DNA from: Patescibacteria group bacterium
Lineage (GTDB): Bacteria > Patescibacteriota > Gracilibacteria > UM-FILTER-43-11
NCBI GenBank assembly: GCA_029260955.1
Contig: JAJDCF010000007.1
Coordinates: forward strand, 1-62,212
Reading direction: 5' to 3'
Length of the DNA: 62,212 bases
The notes under the pieces are model-generated. The model was given only the letters and a program-made list of their open reading frames with translations, was not told the origin of the DNA and did no database searches. A program made the translations under genes and the position numbers. Position 1 is the first letter of the stretch. Each line of letters opens with the position of its first letter. Shown here piece after piece: positions 1-9,729 of the stretch.

Positions 1-96
1 AAGAACGCCACGGGCAATTAGACACTTAATTCTCGCACACAGGAAACAAAACCAGATTCTTTTTAAGAGCTAGGGCGTAGCCCTAAAAGGAAAACA

Positions 97-230
97 TGTA
101 TTTCATATAACTCGTTTTTATACGAAGTAAGTGCAGTATAACACCAAGATATTGTAGGTTATACGCACTATTTGAGGGTGAAAACGAGTTGAACCTGCTT
201 TTATGCGAAGTGTTTGCGCATAAGATGCAG
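97..230. promoter_or_regulatory. Cluster of dyad/inverted repeats upstream of the integrase; putative recombination (att-like) site
   Basis: TTCATATAA-N7-TTATACGAA (102-126); AGTGC[A]GTATAAC...GTTATACGCACT (130-169); AACTCGTTTT/AAAACGAGTT (109-118/181-190); TTATGCG/CGCATAA (201-223). Confidence 0.5.
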
Positions 231-335
231 AATTGTGTAGGTAAAGCGAAATAGAATTTGACCCCTTTTCAAAAAGGGTATAGGCTACTCTCCTTCCACA
301 GGCCCAACCGAATATTAGTATTAAATTGAATTATT

Positions 336-1178
336 ATGAAAACGACGGATTTTAAAATGCACATGTATAAACGTGAGCTTAGCTCTGTTAGGCATGTTAT
401 GCAGCTTCGAGGCTACAGCCCGCGCACTTGGCAGGCATATATTCCTTGTTTGTATCAATATTTTGAGGCAGTTCCGGGTTCGGAGCATTCTTTTGATGAA
501 TGCAAATTGAGGAATTACCTTCTTTCTTTGCAGTCTGAGGGGCTAGCGCCTAATAGCTTGAACATGCATCTTGCAGCGATTAAGTTTTATAAAGCATATA
601 TTCTGAAGGACTTTACTAAGTTGAATCTTCAATTTTCCAAGCGACCTCAAAGGCTACCTGTTGTTTTGTCACGTACTGACATTCAAGAGTTACTTGCTGT
701 AACGCATAATCAAAAGCACAATCTGCTGCTCAGCTTGGCCTACGGTGCAGGGCTTAGATTGGGTGAAGTTCGCATGCTTAAACTTAAGAACTTGGATTTT
801 AGAGAAGGCACTATTACTGTAAGGCAGGCGAAGGGGCAGAAGGACCGTATTACGATTATTCCCTCCAAAATTATTGGTGATTTGGGTGTTTTTGTTGAAC
901 GAAAGGAGCCGAATGACTTTGTTTTTGAGAGTGAGCGAGGTGGATCTATGGCTGCCAGAACTTTGCAGAAAATTTTTGAAAACTCAAAACTGAAGGCAGG
1001 TATTATCAAAGATGCCACTTTTCATTCACTCAGGCACAGTTTTGCAACTCATATTTTGGAAGATGGAACTGATATACGCTATGTTCAGGCGCTTTTGGGT
1101 CATTCTAATATTCGGACAACTCAAATCTATACACATGTGATGAATCCGCATTTGAAGCATATAAAAAGTCCGCTTTAA
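336..1178 (+). CDS. Tyrosine recombinase, integron-integrase-like/XerD family with N-terminal SAM-like domain
   Basis: Catalytic set GLRLGE, KGQKDR, HSLRHSFATH, LLGH, TTQIYTHV; N-terminal RGYSPRT motif; 280 aa, apparently without the IntI-specific insertion. Confidence 0.9.
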   Translation: MKTTDFKMHMYKRELSSVRHVMQLRGYSPRTWQAYIPCLYQYFEAVPGSEHSFDECKLRNYLLSLQSEGLAPNSLNMHLAAIKFYKAYILKDFTKLNLQFSKRPQRLPVVLSRTDIQELLAVTHNQKHNLLLSLAYGAGLRLGEVRMLKLKNLDFREGTITVRQAKGQKDRITIIPSKIIGDLGVFVERKEPNDFVFESERGGSMAARTLQKIFENSKLKAGIIKDATFHSLRHSFATHILEDGTDIRYVQALLGHSNIRTTQIYTHVMNPHLKHIKSPL

Positions 1179-2401
1179 TCTGAAGCTAGAATCTTCTCAA
1201 GATCATATGTTTCAGGCTTTTCTACAAATTTACTCGCTTTTTCGTAATGCTCGGGTTTTAGGTAGTGCATATTAGAGAAGGCCAATTGGTAATCCTGTGC
1301 ATCCACGTCCACAAGTCTTGTTTTGATTTTCCCTGTTTCAGGATCTGCAATATCATTCAGATATAATGGGGTGAATTCGCCGTTAGCCTTAGCAACTACA
1401 ACGCAGCCTGTATGACCTTCATCAAATAGCTTTTTAACACCCATACCCAGCATGGTGCAGTAATTCATATCAAAGGCGGTAGGTGCGCAGGATCTTATTT
1501 CATAGCCAAGTTCGACAGGACGGCTCTTTACGGATAGCCCGATTTTTTTCAATTCTTTTTGCAGTAACATGTTGAAAATATGAGCTTTGGATACAGTCCC
1601 CAATTCCGGATGTCCATGTTCATCAAATGACAGATCGATTCCACAGTTCATGATTTCTGACTCATCCATAAAGTGGAATACACCTTCGCTTATAATAATT
1701 GCGCCGTGATGTACGTCGATTGTTTTTCGTATCAGGATTGATGAAATCATCATGTCTACGATTTTGCAGAAGGTGATTTTTTTACCTTTGAACATTTCCG
1801 GAATGATCACCAGTGGGTAATGGCAGGCTGTTCCGATGCCAAAAGCCAGGTGGCCAGCTTCTCTACCCATGACTGAAACTACGAACCAGTTTCCGCTGCT
1901 TCTGGCGTCTTCGTAAACCGTTTGGGCTATTCTAGTTCCTTCATTTTTTGCTGTTTGAAAACCAAAGGTAGGAAGTCTGTCTGGTAGGGGTAAGTCGTTA
2001 TCAATTGTTTTTGGAACGTGAATATTTTTGATATCTACCTTCTGTTCATTCAAATACTTGGTGATTCGATTTGCTGTAGCAGCCGTATCGTCGCCACCTA
2101 TTGTTACCAGTAATTTAACGTTGTTTTTTGTGAAAAAGGTTGTGTTGAATTCAGAATCTTTTGGCTTGTAGCGGCTCATTCTAAGTACACTTCCTCCACG
2201 ATTATAAATGTAGTCAGCATACTTAAAATCAAATTCGATGAACTCGGGATTATCGGTAAAGATCGTTTTGGTTCCTTCGTTAAACCCAATAACACGCCAA
2301 CCTTCTTTTAAGAAAGATTTTGCAATTGAACTGATCACTGAATTAATACCAGGCGCAGGTCCTCCACTACATAAGATTGCGACTGTTTTTTGTTCGGCCA
2401 T
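1175..2401 (-). CDS. pfp: Phosphofructokinase, probably PPi-dependent
   Basis: SGGPAPGIN, IGGDDT (Asp typical of PPi enzymes), PKTIDNDL, MGR, LGYEIR. Confidence 0.85.
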   Translation of the reverse strand: MAEQKTVAILCSGGPAPGINSVISSIAKSFLKEGWRVIGFNEGTKTIFTDNPEFIEFDFKYADYIYNRGGSVLRMSRYKPKDSEFNTTFFTKNNVKLLVTIGGDDTAATANRITKYLNEQKVDIKNIHVPKTIDNDLPLPDRLPTFGFQTAKNEGTRIAQTVYEDARSSGNWFVVSVMGREAGHLAFGIGTACHYPLVIIPEMFKGKKITFCKIVDMMISSILIRKTIDVHHGAIIISEGVFHFMDESEIMNCGIDLSFDEHGHPELGTVSKAHIFNMLLQKELKKIGLSVKSRPVELGYEIRSCAPTAFDMNYCTMLGMGVKKLFDEGHTGCVVVAKANGEFTPLYLNDIADPETGKIKTRLVDVDAQDYQLAFSNMHYLKPEHYEKASKFVEKPETYDLEKILASD

Positions 2402-2403
2402 AG

Positions 2404-3408
2404 CTATTTAGTGTTATAAAATAGTTCCATCATATCAACCAATCGGTTGGCATAACCCCACTCGTTATCATACCAGACGACGAGCTTGAGGTAATTACCA
2501 TCCGTTACCTGAGTAAGCTCCGTATCGACAATACCGGAGTGTGGGTTGGTTTTATAGTCGATTGAAACAAGTGGCTCATCACTGTAATCGATGATCGATT
2601 CGAAGCGAGGATCGCGTGCAATTTTGCGGAAGAATTCATTGATCTCGTCTTCACTGGTTCCTTTTTCCAGATGGCAAACAATGTCACAAACCGAACTGGT
2701 GGCAATCGGTACTCTGTAGGCCATGCCGTCTAGCTTTCCTTCCAGTTCCGGAATGATTTTGGCAGTGGCTTTTACAGCACCGGTGGTTGTTGGAATAACT
2801 GATTGCACGGCACTTCGTGATCTTCGTAGGTCGCGTCCTGAATTATCTAGTAAGTTCTGAGAATGCGTGAAGGAATGAATGGAAGAAACAGAGGCATTTT
2901 TTACGCCCCAGTTCTCGTGAAGCAGTTTAATGATAGGGGCGATACAGTTAGTCGTGCAGCTGGCGTTTGAAATCACTTTGTATTCCGGCTTCAGGTCCTT
3001 CTCGTTCACACCGATCACAAAGGTGGGTGTGTTGTCCTTCATGGGTGCGGAGACGAGGACTTTTTCTACTCCTCCCAAATGTCTGGCGGCAACCTCATAG
3101 GTTTTGGCTTTGCCGGTGCATTCGAGCACCATATTAACTTCTTTTTCCTTCCAGGGGATATCACCTGCGTCTTTTATGGCAAAGGATCTTACTTCTTTAC
3201 CGTCAATAATTAGATTCTTATCGTCGTGGCTGATTTCATTTGGCATTTTGCCGTGCAGAGAATCGTACTGCAAAAGATGTGCACGCATTTTATTGTTTTC
3301 ACTGCGTGCATTGATCGCTACAACCTCAATCCCGTTCTTCCTCTGCAGAAGAATACGGTGGACAATACGTCCGATGCGGCCATAGCCATTCAGACCAACT
3401 TTAATCAT
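2404..3408 (-). CDS. gap: Glyceraldehyde-3-phosphate dehydrogenase type I
   Basis: NGYGRIGR, SNASCTTNC, WYDNEWGY. Confidence 0.97.
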   Translation of the reverse strand: MIKVGLNGYGRIGRIVHRILLQRKNGIEVVAINARSENNKMRAHLLQYDSLHGKMPNEISHDDKNLIIDGKEVRSFAIKDAGDIPWKEKEVNMVLECTGKAKTYEVAARHLGGVEKVLVSAPMKDNTPTFVIGVNEKDLKPEYKVISNASCTTNCIAPIIKLLHENWGVKNASVSSIHSFTHSQNLLDNSGRDLRRSRSAVQSVIPTTTGAVKATAKIIPELEGKLDGMAYRVPIATSSVCDIVCHLEKGTSEDEINEFFRKIARDPRFESIIDYSDEPLVSIDYKTNPHSGIVDTELTQVTDGNYLKLVVWYDNEWGYANRLVDMMELFYNTK

Positions 3409-3444
3409 AATAATGGAGGGTTAGATGATTAAGTGATTAGATTA

Positions 3445-4455
3445 TTATTCCATGTCAGTTGAGTATTTTCCGAGTGCTGCCAGGCCGTTAAACTTTCCTC
3501 TTTTGGCCAGGGCTGCTTGAGCCTCTTTCACATTCTCCTGGTTATCACTCCAGATTTTTAGGGCAGGCCGTTGAATGCTTCGTCCGTAAGAAAAACTTAG
3601 GGCCCATGGGAATCCGCCAATCTGATTCATGCGGTTTAGTCTTTCAGTTGCCTCAACATCCCCTTGCCCCCCAGAAAGGAAGACAATACCACCAATATTA
3701 TCCGGCACGCCTTCTTTTAGCCCTTCAATCGTTTTATTAGCAATTGTATCTAGGTCTGCTTGCTGTGGGCAGGCTTTACCAGGAAGAATCATACTGGTTT
3801 TTAGAATAGTTCCTTCTGGCGCAACACCTTGCTGCGCAAGTTGGGCAAATAGCATTTTCCAAGTTTTTACACTCACTTCGTAACATATTTCCATAGTGTG
3901 ATCCCCTTCCAAGATAATTTCCGGTTCTACCATAGGAACAATTCCAGCCTCTTGGCACAAGGCTGCATAACGAGCCAGGCCGTGCGCATTACCCATAATG
4001 CATGCATCAGTAGGCATGTTGTCTCCGATGGTAATAACAGCACGCCATTTGGCGAACTTGGCACCGAGCTCTTTGTATTCGGCTAGTCTTTCGCGTAGTC
4101 CTGTCAGTCCCTCTGTAACTTTTTCGCCAGCATGCAAGGCAAGGTCTTTAGCTCCCATATCCACTTTGATTCCAGGAAGCATTCCCCTCTTTGCGAGTTC
4201 TGCCGGGAAGGCTGTTCCGTCATCTGTCTTTTGGCGAAGTGTTTCATCAAAAAGAATCAATCCACTAACACCTTCATTTAGGCCGTCAGCGGTGATGAGT
4301 AGTTGGCGATAGGTTCGTCGACTTTCCTCATTACATTCAACGCCAAGAGCATCAAAACGCTTTTTACAGGTACCGTGGCTTTCATCAATGGCCAAAATTC
4401 CTTTTCCAGGAGCGACCATGGCTTTAGCAGTTTCGGTTAAGGCAGCAATATCCAT
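3445..4455 (-). CDS. fba: Fructose-bisphosphate aldolase class I
   Basis: GKGILAIDES, FAKWRAV, VPMVEPE, FLSGGQ, SFSYGR. Confidence 0.95.
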   Translation of the reverse strand: MDIAALTETAKAMVAPGKGILAIDESHGTCKKRFDALGVECNEESRRTYRQLLITADGLNEGVSGLILFDETLRQKTDDGTAFPAELAKRGMLPGIKVDMGAKDLALHAGEKVTEGLTGLRERLAEYKELGAKFAKWRAVITIGDNMPTDACIMGNAHGLARYAALCQEAGIVPMVEPEIILEGDHTMEICYEVSVKTWKMLFAQLAQQGVAPEGTILKTSMILPGKACPQQADLDTIANKTIEGLKEGVPDNIGGIVFLSGGQGDVEATERLNRMNQIGGFPWALSFSYGRSIQRPALKIWSDNQENVKEAQAALAKRGKFNGLAALGKYSTDME

Positions 4456-4487
4456 ATTTAAGAAAAATTAGATTTATTATTGATTAA

Positions 4488-5648
4488 CTAAGCAGGAGTT
4501 TCATCATCTTTCTTTTCTGCGTCAGTCTCACCTTCTGTTGCTTCGCCCGATTCGCTTGATTCACCTTGGGGTTTATCTTCACCCTCAGCTGGTGCTTCCG
4601 GTGCTGGTTCTGCTGGAGCCTCAGCAACAGGTTCTGCTGGAGCCTCAGGAGCAGCTTCCTCCTTTGTTTCCTCCGCTGATGTTTCAGGTGCAGCTTCTTC
4701 AACTGGCGCTTCTGGTGTTGATTCAGCAGGAGTCTCTGCAGGAGCTGTTTCTTCAGTTGCTGGAGTTTCAGGAGTTTCTTCTGCGGGTGCCTCAGCAGGT
4801 GCTTCTGGCTCTGCAGGAGTTTCAGGAGCGGGCTCTTCGGCAGGAGTTTCAGCTGGAGCTTCCTCAGTCTTCTCAGGCATTGGGCAAGCGTGACCTTCGG
4901 CCATTTCACCACCACACTTAGGGCATTTAGCAGGTTCAGCAGGAGCTTCGGGCTCTGCTGGTGTCTCTGGAGCAGCTTCTTCTTTTGGTTCTTCCGCAGG
5001 AGCCTCTGCCTCAGCAGGAGCTTCAGGAGTAGCTTCAGGAGTAGCTTCTTCAGCTGCTGGTTCTGCTGGAGCATCTTCCGTTTTCTCAGTTTTATCAAAA
5101 GAAACTTCAACATTTTCTCTCTGCTCTTCATCCTCTACTTCAAAGAATTCTTTATCTTCGAACTTGAACATCTTGGCTACTATGCTGTTAGGGAATTGCT
5201 GTAATTTTGTGTTGAAATCTCGAACAGTACTGTTGTAGAAACGTCGAGCTGCTTGGATTTTATCTTCTGTATCAACCAATTCGTTCTGAAGCTGCATGAA
5301 GTTTTCATTGGCCTTCAAGTCAGGATAATTTTCAGCGACTGCAAACAAAGATTTCAAAGCACCGCTCAACATGTTTTCGGCTTGTGCCTGCTCTTTCATG
5401 TTGCCGGCATTGATGGCCATGTTTCTCGCTTCAGTGACCTTGGTAAATACACCTTCTTCGTGAGTTGCATAACCTTTTACGGTTTCAACCAAGTTGGGAA
5501 TCAAGTTGTAACGCCTTTTTAATTGTACGTCGATATCGGACCAGGCTTCGTCTGCCTGATTTCGCATTTTGATCATCTTGTTATATAGGACTATAACGAA
5601 GGCAATAACCGCGACAACTAAGAAAGCAATAAGCATTAATGGAGACAT
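4488..5648 (-). CDS. lemA: LemA family protein with long acidic Pro/Ala/Glu-rich C-terminal tail
   Basis: N-terminal TM, WSDIDVQLKRRYNLIPNLVETVKGY, ENYPDLKAN, RRFYN; ~190-aa low-complexity tail. Confidence 0.93.
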   Translation of the reverse strand: MSPLMLIAFLVVAVIAFVIVLYNKMIKMRNQADEAWSDIDVQLKRRYNLIPNLVETVKGYATHEEGVFTKVTEARNMAINAGNMKEQAQAENMLSGALKSLFAVAENYPDLKANENFMQLQNELVDTEDKIQAARRFYNSTVRDFNTKLQQFPNSIVAKMFKFEDKEFFEVEDEEQRENVEVSFDKTEKTEDAPAEPAAEEATPEATPEAPAEAEAPAEEPKEEAAPETPAEPEAPAEPAKCPKCGGEMAEGHACPMPEKTEEAPAETPAEEPAPETPAEPEAPAEAPAEETPETPATEETAPAETPAESTPEAPVEEAAPETSAEETKEEAAPEAPAEPVAEAPAEPAPEAPAEGEDKPQGESSESGEATEGETDAEKKDDETPA

Positions 5649-5727
5649 GGGATTTATTTTAGAAAATAGTTGACTTCAATTTACCAAAAAAACCCCTAAC
5701 GGGGAAGTCGATGAAGGAGGAGGGGGT

Positions 5728-6234
5728 TCAGTTGTCCATTGTTATCCTTCTATATCCTTGCTTTCTATGTGCTTGCTCTGTCTTTATTGAGATATTTGGT
5801 TCATCAGGTTTATCCGCTTCAAATTCAATATTAGACTGTTTGGCAATTTTTTTGCAGTTACGATAAACAGCACTTAGTAATTCTCTGAGTTTTTCAATTA
5901 GATCTTCTTCTGTGGAAACATCCAGCTCTCGTGTTAGCTCTGAAGTATTTAGGAGCGCCCTGATTTCTATGGGTTCAAGAATGTCTTCATCTACGCCGAA
6001 TGTTGACCCATTTCTCCTTTGGCTATTGCTTCTTATTCTGCCCCTTGATAAGCAAAATACGCTTAGAACTGCTCCCCGTTGTCTTCGGTATAGTCGCATT
6101 AAGCTTTTGGCTTGCTCTTTTTTCACTGTCTCAGGTGATTCACCAAATCCCTCACATATTCTTCCAGTACTACTTATGACTCTTTTGCCTGCTTCAATCG
6201 ATGATTTGAATGGTCTTTTTGGCTTTGGAGGCAT
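5728..6234 (-). CDS. Hypothetical protein
   Basis: 168-aa ATG ORF abutting the epimerase stop; no recognisable motif. Confidence 0.55.
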   Translation of the reverse strand: MPPKPKRPFKSSIEAGKRVISSTGRICEGFGESPETVKKEQAKSLMRLYRRQRGAVLSVFCLSRGRIRSNSQRRNGSTFGVDEDILEPIEIRALLNTSELTRELDVSTEEDLIEKLRELLSAVYRNCKKIAKQSNIEFEADKPDEPNISIKTEQAHRKQGYRRITMDN

Positions 6235-7197
6235 TTATCGAAGATTATCTGAACTGGTCTGGCGAATGCGGTCCAGTCGAATGTTCTCGACTTGCTCTTT
6301 GATGCCATCCTCAAGTTTTACGGTGGGCTCGTAGCCGAGAACTTCTTGGATTTTGCTGATGTCGGCGTTTTGACCCCGGACGTAGCCTTCTTTTACAGGA
6401 TTCTCGATGTATTTTGCTTTTATACCGTTGTTGAAGGCTTTTTCCAAGGCTTCAATGATCTCATTCAGCGAAGTGCCACGACCGGTACCTATGTTAAAGA
6501 CATCAGCGCCAAGTTTCTTATCTGTTTCAATTGCAAGCGTAAGCCCTTGAACCACATCTCTCACATTTGTGAAGTCACGAGTTTGACTGCCGTCACCGTA
6601 AATAACTGGTGCCAGGCCGCGGGCCATGTCCCAGCAGAACTGCGAAACCAAGTTGGCAAACTGGCCTTTAGCTTCTTCGTTGGGTCCGTAAACACTCATA
6701 AACCTAAAGCCGATAATGTCCATATCTGGATTTACCTTGTTGTAACAGGCAGAGCTGTACTCATACATCCTTTTGGTCACAGCGTAGTGATTGATGGGGG
6801 TTACTTCCTGAGTTTCGACCAGTGGCAATGGGTTGTTGCCGTAAAGCGATGAGGTTGAAGCGTAGACGACCTTCTTCACGCCATTTTTGGATGCCCATTC
6901 AAGTACGGTTATAAAGGATTCGATGGAATTCATGTAGCCTTTAATCAGCCCGTCCCCCATAAACATTGGTGCGCTGGAAGTTCCCGCCAGGTGAACTACA
7001 TAGTCTACAGGTCCGACCTTATCCAGGTCTTCCATTTTGCAGGCATCACCTTTTATGAATTTGATGTCAGGATCCAGATTCTTTTCATCTCCCAAGAACA
7101 GATTATCGAGAGCAGTGACCTCATATTTATCTTTGTTGATGTTGCAGAAGTTGGAGCCAATAAAGCCTGCGCCACCAGTAATTAGGACTTTTTTCAT
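6235..7197 (-). CDS. NAD-dependent epimerase/dehydratase (extended SDR)
   Basis: TGGAGFIGS, YAVTK (YxxxK), VYGP, GDGSQTRDF. Confidence 0.92.
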   Translation of the reverse strand: MKKVLITGGAGFIGSNFCNINKDKYEVTALDNLFLGDEKNLDPDIKFIKGDACKMEDLDKVGPVDYVVHLAGTSSAPMFMGDGLIKGYMNSIESFITVLEWASKNGVKKVVYASTSSLYGNNPLPLVETQEVTPINHYAVTKRMYEYSSACYNKVNPDMDIIGFRFMSVYGPNEEAKGQFANLVSQFCWDMARGLAPVIYGDGSQTRDFTNVRDVVQGLTLAIETDKKLGADVFNIGTGRGTSLNEIIEALEKAFNNGIKAKYIENPVKEGYVRGQNADISKIQEVLGYEPTVKLEDGIKEQVENIRLDRIRQTSSDNLR

Positions 7198-7255
7198 TTG
7201 TTTAAAGCTTAGAGCGTTGCTATTTTACCTCAGTTCTTGTTAAATTGGTACCACC

Positions 7256-8263
7256 ATGGTATTTAGAAAAAAAAGACCAAAACGGCTATACTATCCTACC
7301 AAATCTAGTTGGCACAGAAAGTCCCGCAAGCGGCCTAAAGTCAGGTCATCTCGTAAGATTTTTTCACATAGTATTCGAACTAACTTCACACGTGTATTAA
7401 AGGACTTCCTTCTTTATGTGATCATTGGAGTTGTATTTTTGGGCTTACTTACCTTCCTTATATTTTCGAGTCGTTTTGCCATCAATAAAATTGAAATTGC
7501 CAGAGACAACCTGCACATCGACAGTTCAGCTGTGACAAATTTGTTGGCCAATTATAGAGGTAAAAGTATTTTCACTTTTTCTAAGAGTAAGGCTCAAAGC
7601 TTGATTCAAAAGACCTATCCTGAGTTTGCTCGCGTTGATGTGAGAAAACTGCTTCCGAATACCATCAAAGTCGAACTGGAAACACACGAGATTGTGGCTA
7701 ATATAAAGGCTTACTATGTTTTGCCACAGGTTGAGACTGTTCTGTCTGATATAGATGAGGATGCACTCGAAATTACAGAGGCACTCAAAACAGCTTTTGA
7801 TTTAGAGGTTGGAACGGAGACGGAAGATAAGGAAAAACTTACACCTATCGAGCAAAAGGCTCTTCTAAATAGAATCGGTCAGGCCATTTTTGATCAGGAG
7901 GAGGACCTGCAGCTTATGACCATCAACATCGATGGCCTTTCACAGCCAATTGAGGATCGTGAAATCGTTATTCCAGAGGCTTCAATGGATTATATTGTGA
8001 ACTCTATCAAGTATTTCACTAATCTTATGCAAACAGAAATAACTTCTGTACGCTTTTTGCCAATTGCCAGAGAAGTTCATTTGCAAACTGAGGGTAATTT
8101 GACCCTTTGGATTGGCACCGAAAGGAGTTACAAAGAGCAGATAGATAAGTTACACACCATTTATAAGATTGCCGAACTTGACCAGGAAGATCTTGCTTAT
8201 ATTGACCTTCGCATAGGAGAGAAGCTAATATATTGCCCACGTGCATCAAGCTGCGCTCGCTGA
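7256..8263 (+). CDS. ftsQ: FtsQ/DivIB-like cell division protein
   Basis: Basic N-tail, single TM, POTRA-like region (RKLLPNTIKV), C-terminal YIDLR. Confidence 0.75.
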   Translation: MVFRKKRPKRLYYPTKSSWHRKSRKRPKVRSSRKIFSHSIRTNFTRVLKDFLLYVIIGVVFLGLLTFLIFSSRFAINKIEIARDNLHIDSSAVTNLLANYRGKSIFTFSKSKAQSLIQKTYPEFARVDVRKLLPNTIKVELETHEIVANIKAYYVLPQVETVLSDIDEDALEITEALKTAFDLEVGTETEDKEKLTPIEQKALLNRIGQAIFDQEEDLQLMTINIDGLSQPIEDREIVIPEASMDYIVNSIKYFTNLMQTEITSVRFLPIAREVHLQTEGNLTLWIGTERSYKEQIDKLHTIYKIAELDQEDLAYIDLRIGEKLIYCPRASSCAR

Positions 8264-8275
8264 AACCTTTAAAAA

Positions 8276-9163
8276 ATGTTAAGAAGTCTCATCAGCATCC
8301 TCATGCTCACTAGCATCGCTGCTCCAAGTGGTGGGGCTATTTATGATGTTACTGCTCCACAGGCTTTTGATGAAACAAGCTTGTTGGAAGTGAGTCCGAT
8401 TCCTATACTTCGGGATGACGCGCTTAATCCGGACATTGGGGCAAAGGCGGCACTTATTATGGATTACGACACAGGCCTTGTGCTCTACGACAAAAATATG
8501 CACGAAGAGATGCCGATGGCGAGTCTGACCAAAATTATGACAGCTATTTTGATTCTTGAAGACCATGACCTTTCTGAAGTGGTAACTGTTGGCTCAGGTT
8601 TTCCTGATTTAGAAGGAGTACGAATTTGGCTTAGACAGGGCGAAAAGCTTACTGTTCACGATCTTCTGCAGGCTCTTCTTATTCGCTCTGCCGGAGATGC
8701 GGCGATGGCACTAGCTGAGCATCACAGTGGAACGGTAGAAGAATTTGTGAATGCGATGAATGAGCGAACCAAAGAGCTAAATTTGATTCATACACAGTTC
8801 AAAAACCCGGTTGGTCTGGATGACGAGGGGCACTATTCTTCAGCTTATGACCTGGCAATTCTTAGTAAGTATGCCCTACATTTTAGTACTTTTCGGTCTA
8901 TCGTGGGAATGAGTGAGGCCAGTATTTCTTCTGTGGATGACAAGTTTCACCACCATTTCGACTCCACTAATTACCTGCTCAACAGTTACCTTGATATTTT
9001 GGGAGTTAAGACAGGTACGACTGCGGGGGCAGGAAAAAGTCTGATCAACTTGGCTCGTGACGACCGGGGAAATGAGATAATTGCGGTTCTTTTAAATAGC
9101 CCTGCTCGATTCCAAGAGAACAAAAGCATGATCGACTGGGCTTTTCGAAGTTATATGTGGTAA
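8276..9163 (+). CDS. dacA: D-alanyl-D-alanine carboxypeptidase (peptidase S11)
   Basis: Signal peptide, ASLTK (SxxK), NPVGLD, KTGTT. Confidence 0.92.
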   Translation: MLRSLISILMLTSIAAPSGGAIYDVTAPQAFDETSLLEVSPIPILRDDALNPDIGAKAALIMDYDTGLVLYDKNMHEEMPMASLTKIMTAILILEDHDLSEVVTVGSGFPDLEGVRIWLRQGEKLTVHDLLQALLIRSAGDAAMALAEHHSGTVEEFVNAMNERTKELNLIHTQFKNPVGLDDEGHYSSAYDLAILSKYALHFSTFRSIVGMSEASISSVDDKFHHHFDSTNYLLNSYLDILGVKTGTTAGAGKSLINLARDDRGNEIIAVLLNSPARFQENKSMIDWAFRSYMW

Positions 9164-9181
9164 GTCTCTGACAACTTATTT

Positions 9182-9727
9182 CTAGGCAGCTGCTGCTGGT
9201 GGAGTGCTTGAGGCTGCTGGTGCAGGTGCCGGTATATCGTTATCGTTTGCTGCAGCTTCTGATCCACCACCTCCACCGGGACCATAAATGTCCAATGTTC
9301 TATTTACACAGTTGCTTATTTTATCAAAAGCTTGGACTGCGGCTTTTCCCGGTATCTTTGCTGCTGCTACACCTGTATTGAAGGTGGTTTTTGCAGCTGC
9401 TACGGCTGTTGGAACAGGTGACACCATTACTTTTGCCACATTCTTACACATATTACCCATGCCCTTCATAGCTGTACAGACGCCTTTGACGGGTTGAAGT
9501 GTCACTATTTGTGTGCAGGCTTTAAGACTGTCTGTCACTGCGCCTACGGGTGCATCAACTAGTGCACTTAGTGCCTTCTTAGCCTCAATCGTAACGGAGC
9601 CACTACCTTTACATGTATCAATTACACCATTGCATGTATTTATAGCTGCTGATTTGACTGATTCAGCACTAGGTATAGCGCTTTCTGCTGCTTCTCTGGC
9701 TGTGTTTACGGCACTTCCAATACCCAT
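9182..9727 (-). CDS. Hypothetical Ala/Thr/Cys-rich protein with ssrA-like C-terminus
   Basis: 181-aa ORF, 2 nt from the upstream gene; ends AAANDNDIPAPAPAASSTPPAAAA. Confidence 0.65.
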   Translation of the reverse strand: MGIGSAVNTAREAAESAIPSAESVKSAAINTCNGVIDTCKGSGSVTIEAKKALSALVDAPVGAVTDSLKACTQIVTLQPVKGVCTAMKGMGNMCKNVAKVMVSPVPTAVAAAKTTFNTGVAAAKIPGKAAVQAFDKISNCVNRTLDIYGPGGGGGSEAAANDNDIPAPAPAASSTPPAAAA

Positions 9728-9729
9728 TA

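Noticed and set aside
4484..5131. 215-aa Leu/Lys/Gln-rich ORF
   Set aside because: Alternate-frame shadow of the low-complexity LemA tail
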